A DNA stretch of 64,000 bases from a virus (lineage: Duplodnaviria; Caudoviricetes): IMG/VR virus record IMGVR_UViG_3300031953_000001; one strand, given 5' to 3'. Positions within the stretch are counted from its first letter, which is position 1. Each line of letters opens with the position of its first letter. Shown one piece after another: positions 28,462 to 37,579 of this stretch. Made by a program: the position numbers and the translations under genes. Below the pieces are notes generated by a model. That model searched no databases. It had not been told where the DNA came from and saw nothing but the letters and a program-made list of their open reading frames with translations.

Positions 28462-29823
28462 ATGGACGTTAGTGAAAGCTCCCTCTGGGAGGAAGTCAAA
28501 CGCTTGTCAGCCGACGGCGCCAAGCCGGTACACTTCCGCTGGGGGTGTGAGTTCATTCTGGAGAACGAGACTTTAAGTCCCACCAAACTGCTTCAAGTCC
28601 GTGTAGGACGTCAATACACCCGCCGCTTTACCGATGAGATTTACCTGACGGTGATGATCCCACAAGGCACCTACGCCCATCGTCTCTTCCCACAACGGGA
28701 TACGTTGCTGGTCTCGTTGTTCAAAGAGCCGGTCACCGAGATCGACGGCGCGGAGGATCTGAGTCAAGACATTCAGGCACGGACGTATCGGGGGGTGTTG
28801 TTGGAGAAAGGATCGGATCTGGTGGAAGGCGAGGTTACGGGGGTATCCGATGAGGAGACCGCGGACCTTGGCGGACTTCAAGAGTACCACATACAACTGA
28901 TCGATCTGGCCTCGGAACAGCTGCGCATGCGCTCGGTGGGGGGTATCTACCGTGACATGACCACCAGTGATGTGGTGCAAGGCACTTTGTCATTAGCGTC
29001 CTCAGATCTAGGGTTGGACGATCAGTCATCGGTGCAAGGGGTGGATGTAGTACCCGGCAACAACGATCAAGTGCGCGATCACATCGTGGTACCGCACGGC
29101 ACTCGGGCAACGGAGTTGGTGAATTACATCCAAGAACACTCCGGGGGTATCTACAGCGCAGGTGCTGGGTTTTATCTACAAAACGGCATCTGGTACGTCT
29201 ACCCTCAGTACAACTTAAAACGCTTCACGGCGGAACCTCGCAACTTAACGGTGTTCAATATTCCACAGCGGCGATTGCCAGGGGTGGAGCGCACCTACAT
29301 GAGCGACGACGACCGCTTGATCGTGTTAGCCACGGGGGAGACCCGTCAAACCGACGAGTCTGAGATCGAGCAGTTAACGCGCGGCAACGGGGTGCGCTAC
29401 TTGGACGCTAACCGGGTTATTGGTAGCTGGCGGGCGGTGGATCTGAATACGGCTACGGCTAAGCGCTCAGAGAACGTTCGAGAGCTGACGTTGAAGTCGC
29501 GTAAGGTAGGTCTTAACTACGCCCCTATGAGTCAGCGGCGTATTACCGCCAACCCTTACTTTGAGACCTCAGAGATAGCCCCTCGATTGGGTACGGTGGT
29601 ACAAACCGTTTGGGAGAACGCCGACCCTGACCTGATCTATCCAGGGATGCCCGCTCGATACGTGTATCTGGAAGGAGACATCTTAAACGACGTCTACGGC
29701 ATCGTGTTGGCCGCCGATCACTCGATCGATTTGCAAGGACAAGGCATCAGTAGCGAGCGGTATCGCTGCAACGTGGTGGTGACGTTGTTTCTAGACATAG
29801 CCGCCGCACCCACGGTTGACTAA
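28462..29823 (+). CDS. virion structural protein, probable baseplate hub (phiKZ gp101-like)
   Basis: 453 aa, GAGG RBS; last gene of the structural block. Confidence 0.6.
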   Translation: MDVSESSLWEEVKRLSADGAKPVHFRWGCEFILENETLSPTKLLQVRVGRQYTRRFTDEIYLTVMIPQGTYAHRLFPQRDTLLVSLFKEPVTEIDGAEDLSQDIQARTYRGVLLEKGSDLVEGEVTGVSDEETADLGGLQEYHIQLIDLASEQLRMRSVGGIYRDMTTSDVVQGTLSLASSDLGLDDQSSVQGVDVVPGNNDQVRDHIVVPHGTRATELVNYIQEHSGGIYSAGAGFYLQNGIWYVYPQYNLKRFTAEPRNLTVFNIPQRRLPGVERTYMSDDDRLIVLATGETRQTDESEIEQLTRGNGVRYLDANRVIGSWRAVDLNTATAKRSENVRELTLKSRKVGLNYAPMSQRRITANPYFETSEIAPRLGTVVQTVWENADPDLIYPGMPARYVYLEGDILNDVYGIVLAADHSIDLQGQGISSERYRCNVVVTLFLDIAAAPTVD

Positions 29824-29857
29824 CATAGGGAGACCTTCGGGTCTCCCTTTTATGCCG
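29824..29857 (+). terminator. hairpin terminator with TATGCCG tail
   Basis: AGGGAGACC-ttcg-GGTCTCCCT-tt-TATGCCG. Confidence 0.85.
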
Positions 29858-29872
29858 CTTTAAACAGATCTT

Positions 29873-29887
29873 AAACCTATATTACAC
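29873..29887 (+). promoter_or_regulatory. putative early (virion RNAP) promoter
   Basis: AAACCTATATTACAC contains the TATATTAC core reported for phiKZ early promoters; opens the accessory region. Confidence 0.65.
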
Positions 29888-29939
29888 AAAGGAGTTGGTT
29901 CCACGAACCTCAGTCACCACAACCTATAGGAACACCGAT

Positions 29940-30155
29940 ATGAACTACACCTTGATCGTATTTGTTGGCAGCATCGAATACAAACGTCTCACCCTGAGGG
30001 CGTCTAAAGCCGCCGGTACTGCGCTATTGAACGCAGCCCCCCACGCACTTAAAGCGATCCGCACAAAGATCACTGAGTTGACCGACACCTACAGTTGGAC
30101 TCACGTGGAGTTGTCTGTAGACGGCGACTCTTGTGTTATTTTAGCCCGCGGTTGA
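29940..30155 (+). CDS. small hypothetical early protein
   Basis: 71 aa from ATG 29940 with AGGA RBS. Confidence 0.6.
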   Translation: MNYTLIVFVGSIEYKRLTLRASKAAGTALLNAAPHALKAIRTKITELTDTYSWTHVELSVDGDSCVILARG

Positions 30156-30197
30156 ATCCCCCCCCCTACTAATCTATAGAACAGGACGTTACTCGGT

Positions 30198-30569
30198 ATG
30201 AGTTTAATTGTTTACGACATTGACCGATTGATTGAAGAGAACGGTTTGCGATCTACGCGTTTGGTTAAAGAAGTAAAAGATCGTCACGGCACTCGGTCGC
30301 TCCCTGCACTGATCGCTATGTTGGGCGACGGCGACTGGAATGCGCACAGTTTGTTTGAGCACTTTCGATTGACCTCCTTGGTCAAGGCGACCTATCAAGT
30401 CCGCCGGGATCGCATCGTTACCGACGATCGGTTTCTCAAGCAATTAGAAAAAGAGTGCTTTTGGAAGCTTAATCGACAACAAACGTTCCGAGTAGCCACT
30501 GAGCTACTCTATCTGTTCCCAGAACAGTTCCAACACTTAACCCGATGGTTAGAGGAAACTGCCCCATGA
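30198..30569 (+). CDS. hypothetical protein
   Basis: 123 aa ORF, AGGA upstream. Confidence 0.6.
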   Translation: MSLIVYDIDRLIEENGLRSTRLVKEVKDRHGTRSLPALIAMLGDGDWNAHSLFEHFRLTSLVKATYQVRRDRIVTDDRFLKQLEKECFWKLNRQQTFRVATELLYLFPEQFQHLTRWLEETAP

Positions 30570-30868
30570 CAACCCCCCAACCCATTACGTTTACTGACTT
30601 TGCTCAGAAGTTGATCAACCAAGTCGTCACGGAAGAAGAATTGGCCTGGCCACTCAGTGCGGTCTTTTCAGTGACTTACTGTACCCGCTGCTGGCCAGAT
30701 ACCCGACCCAGCGGCAGCGTATCAGTTTACTTCGACACTGAGGAACAGCTCACCGCCTGGCTGGACAACTACCAAGACTGGGCCTTATTGGAAGGTAACT
30801 CCGTAGGCGGACACATAGAGACCTGGGACTTAGGTCCGGTGTTCGTACGCACCTTCGATTACAACTAA
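30566..30868 (+). CDS. hypothetical protein
   Basis: ATGA overlap with the previous gene, GAGGA RBS, terminator after the stop. Confidence 0.6.
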   Translation: MTTPQPITFTDFAQKLINQVVTEEELAWPLSAVFSVTYCTRCWPDTRPSGSVSVYFDTEEQLTAWLDNYQDWALLEGNSVGGHIETWDLGPVFVRTFDYN

Positions 30869-30873
30869 TACAC

Positions 30874-30902
30874 GGAGGCCATTGGGCCTCCTTTATTTTT
30901 TT
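30874..30902 (+). terminator. intrinsic terminator
   Basis: GGAGGCC-attg-GGCCTCC followed by a T-rich tract. Confidence 0.75.
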
Positions 30903-30964
30903 GTTGACAGAATTATTTCATCATTTGACGGATGAGGTATTGCTGTGAAATTAAGGAGTAGTTT

Positions 30965-31558
30965 ATGCAACCTCTAGTTCACGCGTTTGTACTGATTTTG
31001 TGCGTACTAACAACCAGTGCCCACGCCGGCATAGAAACTTGGAGCAACAATCTCAGCATCGATCTCCCACAAGACCACGACGTCATGACGGCAGACTGGG
31101 ACGATCTTCAGTGCTTTGCCGTTAATCTCTACCACGAAGCCCGGGGTGAATCGACATTAGGTCAAGAGATGGTGGCGCAAGTGGTGGTCAACCGCATTAA
31201 CAGCAAACACTACCCAGACACCGCTTGTGGGGTGGTGCGTCAGAACCGTCAGTTCAGTTGGACCCACGATGGCCGCTCCGATCGCCCCAGGTCAGTCCAA
31301 GCGTACGAGCAAGCGTTTAAGATCGCTATTAAATATTTGTACTTGAAGCATCAAGCCGACGTGGAGTGGGCGCCGCTATTGACCAACTATCACGCCGACA
31401 GTGTGAGTCCGGATTGGGGCGATCTGGAAGTCGTCCACGTTGAAGGTCGCCATGTATTCTATCGTCCGCCGTTGACTCGCAATCAGCGATACGCTTACAC
31501 CAAACTGCAAACCACAGGAATCCAGTATGCAACGTATGATCGCCCTCGAGGGCCCTGA
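30965..31558 (+). CDS. SleB/CwlJ-like cell wall hydrolase (Hydrolase_2) with signal peptide
   Basis: CFAVNLYHEARGE...VAQVVVNR...YPDTACGVV.Q..QFSW, HVFY; hydrophobic N-terminus ending AHA. Confidence 0.9.
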   Translation: MQPLVHAFVLILCVLTTSAHAGIETWSNNLSIDLPQDHDVMTADWDDLQCFAVNLYHEARGESTLGQEMVAQVVVNRINSKHYPDTACGVVRQNRQFSWTHDGRSDRPRSVQAYEQAFKIAIKYLYLKHQADVEWAPLLTNYHADSVSPDWGDLEVVHVEGRHVFYRPPLTRNQRYAYTKLQTTGIQYATYDRPRGP

Positions 31559-32222
31559 TGGCTCGGGCAAATCTACCTTGATGCGAGGGCTAGTAGCCCG
31601 CATGACTGAGCGGGGTTTACCCGTAGAGACAGGACGGCAACCCGGAGGCACCCCGATTGGAGAGGCTGTCCGGGGACTGCTGTTGGACCCTCAGATTGAG
31701 TTGGACCCGCTCAGTCAGGTTCACTTACTCATGGCCTCCCGCATTGCCTTCTTAGAACAGTGTGTGCGCCCAGCCTTGTCAGCCGGACAATGGGTGATCA
31801 GTGATCGCTTGGATTTGTCCACCATTTTCTATCAAACGGTGATGATGAAACACACGTTGATTGAACGCTATGGGTTCACCGCCGACACCTCGAAACAGAT
31901 CTTAGCGTTTCACAAGAAAGCCAACGAGATCAGTCGTGCCGGTCTTGAGGAAATCCCTTTACGGTACATTGTCTTGGACGCGGATGACCGGACCCTGAAC
32001 GCGCGTCGTCCGGTCAGCGCCACGGATCGGTTTGAATCGCAGGACAAGGGATTCCAAAGGGACATACGGTCGTTCTACCGTCAGTACGCGGGTGCCAACA
32101 AACACAACCCCAACGTACGGAAGGTGTTCAGCGACACGCCTTTGTCTGAAACAGATCTTGACGCTTTAGTCGACTGGATCGTCGAAGACACAGTTGTACC
32201 CCTTATTCAACTCACCGCTTAG
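31527..32222 (+). CDS. tmk: thymidylate kinase
   Basis: IALEGPDGSGKST, RQPGGTPIGEAVR, VISDR, DRFE. Confidence 0.9.
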   Translation: MQRMIALEGPDGSGKSTLMRGLVARMTERGLPVETGRQPGGTPIGEAVRGLLLDPQIELDPLSQVHLLMASRIAFLEQCVRPALSAGQWVISDRLDLSTIFYQTVMMKHTLIERYGFTADTSKQILAFHKKANEISRAGLEEIPLRYIVLDADDRTLNARRPVSATDRFESQDKGFQRDIRSFYRQYAGANKHNPNVRKVFSDTPLSETDLDALVDWIVEDTVVPLIQLTA

Positions 32223-32244
32223 GTCATTTGACCCACGAGGAAGC

Positions 32245-32679
32245 ATGTCTCATTACGGCATTGAATTAAGTGAACGTCAAGTCCTGGTTTTTGGGGAAGG
32301 CGATGTGATGAACCCAAAGGACAGTATCATCGACCATTTTCCGTCTTTGGCCTCCTATTACTTCGGTCACATAAACGTCCACAAGGATCGGATTGCGGCC
32401 GTGTTGGTGGAAGAATACTCACTCGCCCCAGTGATACTGGAAAGCACCGCCACCATGGCGATGTACATCCGCCCCATCATAGGTGAAGTTGCTATTGTTC
32501 CTGACTCGATGTGTTACTACGTGATCGACGCCGATTGGTTGGCGATTGGGTTCTCAGTAGTGGCCACAGACGACTCAGAATGTCAGATTGTTTATTTAAC
32601 CCGCACCGGTACGACCATGACCATCCCTATGGCCATAACCCCTGGAGACAAAGTCACCGCCGTGTACAGCGTCCATTAA
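32245..32679 (+). CDS. hypothetical protein
   Basis: ATG 32245 after GAGGA. Confidence 0.55.
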   Translation: MSHYGIELSERQVLVFGEGDVMNPKDSIIDHFPSLASYYFGHINVHKDRIAAVLVEEYSLAPVILESTATMAMYIRPIIGEVAIVPDSMCYYVIDADWLAIGFSVVATDDSECQIVYLTRTGTTMTIPMAITPGDKVTAVYSVH

Positions 32680-32708
32680 TTCCTTACAACAACACAAGAC
32701 TCGGTATT

Positions 32709-33260
32709 ATGCACACACCCCCAAGAACCCCGCTCACCAACCCCGATGCGATTCACACCGAACTGACCGACCATTTACGTCAGTCATTAGGTGAGAGCCG
32801 ATTGGCGAATATCTGCCACCACCGTGAGCAGTGTCGTAGAGACATGATAGGCTTTTGTCAGGAATACTCAGGCGATGATCGGAAGTTGATGTTCGCGTTG
32901 GGTAAACTGTGGCTGTCTTTGCTGGATCACACCTTGTGGAACATAGACAACCGCAGTAACTTGTACTTCGCTCCCGATCTGAGGCTGTACGATCTGAACA
33001 TCGTGGGCTTGTGTTACGAGTGGCACGATTTTGCCGACTTTGCCCATATCGCTGATAAGTTGCCTGGGTATTCTGAATGGGCACAGAAGATTGAAAGCGA
33101 TGAGTACGTCTCTATGCACTTCATTTTCCGCACTCGCCCTAGCAGTCCCGACTTGCTGTTGCGGCCGACGTCGGCTGAGTTTTTCTCTCTTGAGAGCATT
33201 CATTTACTTGCACCCCATATCACTCAAACCCAAGTAGGATACCCCCATGAAACAATATAA
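32709..33260 (+). CDS. hypothetical protein
   Basis: ATG 32709 follows the previous stop; overlaps the thyA start. Confidence 0.55.
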   Translation: MHTPPRTPLTNPDAIHTELTDHLRQSLGESRLANICHHREQCRRDMIGFCQEYSGDDRKLMFALGKLWLSLLDHTLWNIDNRSNLYFAPDLRLYDLNIVGLCYEWHDFADFAHIADKLPGYSEWAQKIESDEYVSMHFIFRTRPSSPDLLLRPTSAEFFSLESIHLLAPHITQTQVGYPHETI

Positions 33261-34431
33261 AGACTTATTAAACACCATCGTAGCCGGCGGCAGCACCCGC
33301 ACCGACCGCACAGGCACTGGCACCGTCAGTATTTTTGGGCATTCGATGCGGTTTGATCTGAACCAAGGCTTTCCGCTGGTGACCTTGAAGTTCACGCCAA
33401 TGCATTTGATTGTCAAGGAACTGCTCTGGTTCTTGGAAGGCAACACCAACGCTCACGACCTGACCGAGCAAGGCTGTCACATCTGGGACGAGTGGGCCAC
33501 TGAGAACGGAGATCTGGGACCTATTTACGGTAAGCAGTGGCGCAGTTGGTCTGCACCTGACCTGACGAACATTCGTGCTAAGATCGATCGCATCGAAGCG
33601 ACATTAGACGACACGACGATGTCCGGTGGCGAGGCGGACTTCAATGCAGAACAAGTCAGCGAGATGCGTCAATTGCTGTTGGAGATTCGTGAGCACGACA
33701 GTACGCGAACCATCGATCAAATTCGTGACGTCATCCAGATGATTAAAGACAAGCCTCACAGCCGCCGTCTGATCGTGTCTGCTTGGAACCCGACCGATAT
33801 GCCAGACGAATCCCTATCCCCTCAAGAGAACGTCTCTGAGGGCCGCATGGCGTTGGCTGCGTGTCACACCCTGTTTCAGTTCTACGTCAGTGATATGACC
33901 GATGAAGAACAGCACAATTGGTTCTGTCGGCAAGAAAGCAAAACCTACTGGGAACTGCATCAGTTGGCCCGCATCCACCCAGACGCCGTTAACGACGTCC
34001 CAGAAGCGCATCGGGTGGTCTGGAAGAACGTAGGTGCTGACATTTGGTATTACAAAGGTGCCTATGAGGTCTTCAACGCGTACGCTCGCCAGCACGCGCC
34101 AAAGGGCAAATTGTCTTGTCAGCTCTACCAAAGATCATGTGATTCATTTTTGGGTGTCCCGTTCAATATCGCCTCCTATGCGCTACTGACACACATGATC
34201 GCTCAGGTCTGTGATCTGGCGGTGGGCGATTTTGTGTGGACCGGTGGGGATGTGCATTTGTATCTAAATGCAATAGAGCAAACCAAAGAACTGGTTTCAC
34301 GGGAACCTAAGAAACTGCCAACGTTAAAACTCAATCCGGCCATTAAAGACATAGATGCGTTCACACTGGACGACATCGAACTGGTGGGGTACGAGTCGCA
34401 CCCAGCCATTAAGGTCAAAGTGTCTGTATAG
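33247..34431 (+). CDS. thyA: thymidylate synthase with two large insertions
   Basis: [39 protein letters not shown] (catalytic Cys), [24 protein letters not shown]. Confidence 0.95.
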   Translation: MKQYKDLLNTIVAGGSTRTDRTGTGTVSIFGHSMRFDLNQGFPLVTLKFTPMHLIVKELLWFLEGNTNAHDLTEQGCHIWDEWATENGDLGPIYGKQWRSWSAPDLTNIRAKIDRIEATLDDTTMSGGEADFNAEQVSEMRQLLLEIREHDSTRTIDQIRDVIQMIKDKPHSRRLIVSAWNPTDMPDESLSPQENVSEGRMALAACHTLFQFYVSDMTDEEQHNWFCRQESKTYWELHQLARIHPDAVNDVPEAHRVVWKNVGADIWYYKGAYEVFNAYARQHAPKGKLSCQLYQRSCDSFLGVPFNIASYALLTHMIAQVCDLAVGDFVWTGGDVHLYLNAIEQTKELVSREPKKLPTLKLNPAIKDIDAFTLDDIELVGYESHPAIKVKVSV

Positions 34432-34458
34432 AAAGGCTTATTTGGAAGGGACAGAATC

Positions 34459-34743
34459 GTGACTGACAAACCGTTTGAGACGACCCCAGATGGATATCAA
34501 AAGGCCAAAGAGTGGTTATCTGAACACAATCTATCACACAAGATCGAGGGCGAGCAGTCTGCCGATGGGTTCACGCTTGTCGCCTTAGCCAACCATTTAA
34601 GGCTGGTTCTACGGTACGAGCGTCGAAAGTACGAAAACTTCCGAGCAAGCTCTCGCCTCGAGGGAATTGAGTTGTCTGCATCGCAGTCGACTGAGTCGCT
34701 GGCAGACGTTATCGCCAGACACAAGACCCCACCCACGACATAA
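34459..34743 (+). CDS. hypothetical protein
   Basis: 94 aa, GTG start after GAAGGGA. Confidence 0.55.
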   Translation: MTDKPFETTPDGYQKAKEWLSEHNLSHKIEGEQSADGFTLVALANHLRLVLRYERRKYENFRASSRLEGIELSASQSTESLADVIARHKTPPTT

Positions 34744-34763
34744 AGAAAAGGTTACGAAATAAG

Positions 34764-34794
34764 ATAAAGAGGCCTTCGGGCCTCTTTATTTTTT
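34764..34794 (+). terminator. intrinsic terminator
   Basis: ATAAAGAGGCC-ttcg-GGCCTCTTTAT followed by a T tract. Confidence 0.85.
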
Positions 34795-34815
34795 GTTTTG
34801 ACTGGAGGGATGTTG

Positions 34816-34835
34816 AAACATATATCATCGAGGTG
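34816..34835 (+). promoter_or_regulatory. putative early promoter
   Basis: AAACATATATCATCGAGGTG. Confidence 0.55.
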
Positions 34836-34867
34836 ATCTAACCTTACCTTGTATTTAGGGGACACAC

Positions 34868-35074
34868 ATGCCTAAGAAAGACACAGCGTCTAAACGTAAC
34901 TTCATCATGTCTGATAGAGACTACGATTATTTTAAGCTCCTTGGTGGTGGTAATGCCACCGCGGGTTTGCGAGTAGCGGCCATGATTGTGAGAACGTTGG
35001 ACAGTCAACACGGTCTTTTGGAAGATACCCACATCCGGCCATTAGGTTGCCTATTTCAGTCTAATGCCAAATAA
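34868..35074 (+). CDS. small protein, ribbon-helix-helix-like candidate DNA binder
   Basis: KRNFIMSDRDYDYFKLLGGGNATAGLRVA: alternating strand, helix, GGGN turn, helix. Confidence 0.5.
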   Translation: MPKKDTASKRNFIMSDRDYDYFKLLGGGNATAGLRVAAMIVRTLDSQHGLLEDTHIRPLGCLFQSNAK

Positions 35075-35126
35075 AGAGAGAGACACACGACTCTCTCTAT
35101 TAACGCTAATTCATTAGGAGTTTAAG

Positions 35127-35654
35127 ATGTCCGCACTCGACGCCGTAACTGTTTTTACTGAATTTTACCACAAAATAGAGACATCAGAAATAGTAAAGAC
35201 CTATGACAGCGACATGTTCTATATGTTACTGCATCAAAAAGAACCCGAAGGCGCTAAAGTTGTAACGGCCGTAACGCGCAATCGCGTGCGGTTTATTCAG
35301 TTGTACACTAAGATCGGTAATCTCGTCTTCTACGTTCAGGAATTCCGGGATGCAGCACCTCAGGTGCAAGTGGAGGTGGCTGACGCGTGGCGTAGTGTTA
35401 TAAAACCGTATCTACCTGTCACAGGAGAGCAACTGACTCAGTATTTAGAAGACAGTTTTAATGATGTAGAGACGAACTACTTTAGAGAGGCGTTGAGAAC
35501 GATTCTAGGCGCGGCGGTGCCTGAATTAGAAAAAGAAGAGTATGAAAACTCAATAGGGACGATTGAATACACAACTGACAAACCCCCACAGGTCTATACG
35601 TACACCCTAGATGCCTATAAGGTACTCGCTCAGATCAAGAACGCGTATGAGTGA
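35127..35654 (+). CDS. hypothetical protein (more AT-rich coding sequence)
   Basis: 175 aa, AGGAG RBS. Confidence 0.7.
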   Translation: MSALDAVTVFTEFYHKIETSEIVKTYDSDMFYMLLHQKEPEGAKVVTAVTRNRVRFIQLYTKIGNLVFYVQEFRDAAPQVQVEVADAWRSVIKPYLPVTGEQLTQYLEDSFNDVETNYFREALRTILGAAVPELEKEEYENSIGTIEYTTDKPPQVYTYTLDAYKVLAQIKNAYE

Positions 35655-35737
35655 ACGTTCAGTCCTTTTATTTTTGACTTAGGAGAATAACAGTATGTTT
35701 AAAAGTAGATATGTGCTCGCCACCTTAAGGGGAAACC

Positions 35738-36019
35738 ATGCCAAGATACACATTTAGAACTGAAGGTCCTTTCGTCGGCGAGAAAGAACGCGTTGAAACG
35801 TTGGTTCAAGAACTGGGGTTATCCATCGTTAAACATTGGGTGGAGTACGATAGACGAGATTGGGCGTTGGATTTCTTTACCGTTGAAACTGAAATCGATG
35901 ACGTTGAGGTCCTTCGTGCTAAGATGACCGAACTGATCCTTAACGACCCTCGGTTTGAAGATCTGCATCGGTGTGAACAAACCCTTAATCCCGGAGATGC
36001 GGTTAAAGACCCATTTTAG
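35738..36019 (+). CDS. hypothetical protein, paralog of 36912-37250
   Basis: YTFRTEGP...FTVETE...DLHRCEQTLNPG. Confidence 0.7.
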   Translation: MPRYTFRTEGPFVGEKERVETLVQELGLSIVKHWVEYDRRDWALDFFTVETEIDDVEVLRAKMTELILNDPRFEDLHRCEQTLNPGDAVKDPF

Positions 36020-36033
36020 ACAACGTCCAAGTA

Positions 36034-36873
36034 ATGGAGAATATCACTATGGTTAGATCAACACCTGCACTTACCGACGAACAGAAAATCGACGATTTGT
36101 GGTACGACTTAAATATCCTCGGATTTAAAGACATGCGACGTTGCTGCATTAGAGACTTGGCCGCTCTACGTGGATCTATCGAAGCTGTGATCACCACAAC
36201 GGAAGTCCAACTTATACTGATGGACGGCGTTGGTAAGAAGACGATGCGAGAAATTAAAGATCTGGTAACCAGCGTTAGATTCCGCCAAAACATCCTCGAC
36301 GCCAAACTTCAGGGGGTGTTGAGGACCTCGGTGTCGGACAAATTCATCCAGAAAGCGATTAACGAAAGGCGTGGTATGAGCGAACGCAAGCGGCAGGCGT
36401 TAGGCATCACGGCAAGTCCCAGGTCGATGGTGGATGCGATCATGCTTCGTAAAGACATCTACGAAAAGCACGGTATGCCGGATTATAAGACGATCGGTTC
36501 AGCCGGCATTGATCTGCGCGCCTGCATTGATGAATCCATCGTGTTGGCCCCAGGCGAGGTCAAAATGATCGGCTCTGGGTTAAAGATCCACGTTCAAGAC
36601 CCTAACTATGCGGCTATCCTCCTGCCTCGCTCAGGACTGGGTGCCAAGCACGGCATTGTACTGGGCAACCTGGTGGGTCTGATTGACTCGGACTATCAAG
36701 GTGAGATGGGCATGTCGATCTGGAACCGCAGCGATAAGGAGTACTTGATCGAGCCTGGAGACCGCATTGCTCAACTGGTGGTCATCAAGGTCGAGCAAAT
36801 CGTATTAAGTTGGGTGGATAAGTTTGAATCCACTGAGCGCGGTTCCGCTGGGTTTGGCTCTACTGGGGTTTAA
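36034..36873 (+). CDS. dut: trimeric dUTPase with an N-terminal RNAP alpha-CTD-like extension
   Basis: Motifs GSAGIDL, PRSGLG, GLIDSDYQGE, RIAQLV, RGSAGFGSTG; about 130 aa N-terminal extension. Confidence 0.9.
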   Translation: MENITMVRSTPALTDEQKIDDLWYDLNILGFKDMRRCCIRDLAALRGSIEAVITTTEVQLILMDGVGKKTMREIKDLVTSVRFRQNILDAKLQGVLRTSVSDKFIQKAINERRGMSERKRQALGITASPRSMVDAIMLRKDIYEKHGMPDYKTIGSAGIDLRACIDESIVLAPGEVKMIGSGLKIHVQDPNYAAILLPRSGLGAKHGIVLGNLVGLIDSDYQGEMGMSIWNRSDKEYLIEPGDRIAQLVVIKVEQIVLSWVDKFESTERGSAGFGSTGV

Positions 36874-36911
36874 CCCATCGCCATTGGGGACTCATGTCCC
36901 CTTTTTTTATC

Positions 36912-37250
36912 GGAGTAAGCATGTTCGTATATACGTTTTGTACCGAAGGGCCCGGCGACGGTCCTAGGGCTGAGAAGTTAATCCACGCGTTGAACCTAAA
37001 GACGGTGAACCACTGGCAGGTGGAGAACCCGATGGGGTACTTTTTGAGTGTCTTTACAGTGGAGACCGACGCGCTTCTCGAAGACCTGCGTGATCGAATG
37101 GCCGCTTTGATCCTTAGAGACACAGCCGCATGTCTGGCAGGGGAAGATTACAGACTCCTACCTTTTGTCGATCTCCATCAGTGCGCCCAGACGTTAAACC
37201 GCGGTATAAAACCCAAATGGCCTTACGACGACCCTGCGAGTGAGGATTAA
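36912..37250 (+). CDS. hypothetical protein, paralog of 35738-36019
   Basis: YTFCTEGP...FTVETD...DLHQCAQTLNRG; GGAG RBS before GTA-AGC-ATG, likely start ATG 36921. Confidence 0.65.
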   Translation, partial: GVSMFVYTFCTEGPGDGPRAEKLIHALNLKTVNHWQVENPMGYFLSVFTVETDALLEDLRDRMAALILRDTAACLAGEDYRLLPFVDLHQCAQTLNRGIKPKWPYDDPASED

Positions 37251-37330
37251 AGTCATGAATAAGAAAACTTTTATCAAAAAGTATTTTGAGTTCTTAGAGC
37301 AGTTGGGGTTGAGAGCTTCAACCGACGATC
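37228..37330 (+). repeat. direct repeat, copy 1 (copy 2 at 37553-37709)
   Basis: ACGACCCTGCGAGTGAGGA...AATAAGAAA..TTTATCAAAAAGTATTTTGAGTTCTTAGAGCAGT shared between the copies. Confidence 0.85.
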
Positions 37331-37575
37331 GGGCGAAAGCCAAGGAAGTCGTGGAACGGCTATACCGTAACTACCCAAAAGAACCGCCGTCGCCTGCTGT
37401 CCTGGAATCCTTAAAGAAGTATGCGCCTGAGGCCAGTGATGAGGAAGCTCATGCAGGTACGACCGACGACCAGCACCGATCGCCCATGTCGGTTCGAGAG
37501 TCTCTGGCTAATGAACCGACATTCGCTGGCTTGTCGATAGCGACCGGTGACTACGACCCTGCGAGTGAGGAATAG
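37255..37575 (+). CDS. hypothetical protein with an N-terminus duplicated from the nucleotidyltransferase gene
   Basis: MNKKTFIKKYFEFLEQLGLRASTDD; GAGGA RBS. Confidence 0.6.
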   Translation: MNKKTFIKKYFEFLEQLGLRASTDDRAKAKEVVERLYRNYPKEPPSPAVLESLKKYAPEASDEEAHAGTTDDQHRSPMSVRESLANEPTFAGLSIATGDYDPASEE

Positions 37576-37579
37576 CACC

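Noticed and set aside
33550-34104. Inteins or introns in thyA
   Set aside because: The frame is continuous, the inserts are short, and there are no C/S...HN splice motifs or homing-endonuclease signature.
33247-34431. dCMP/dUMP hydroxymethylase instead of ThyA
   Set aside because: The dUMP-specifying Asn and the overall ThyA motifs are retained, and no glycosyltransferase or other modification gene is nearby.
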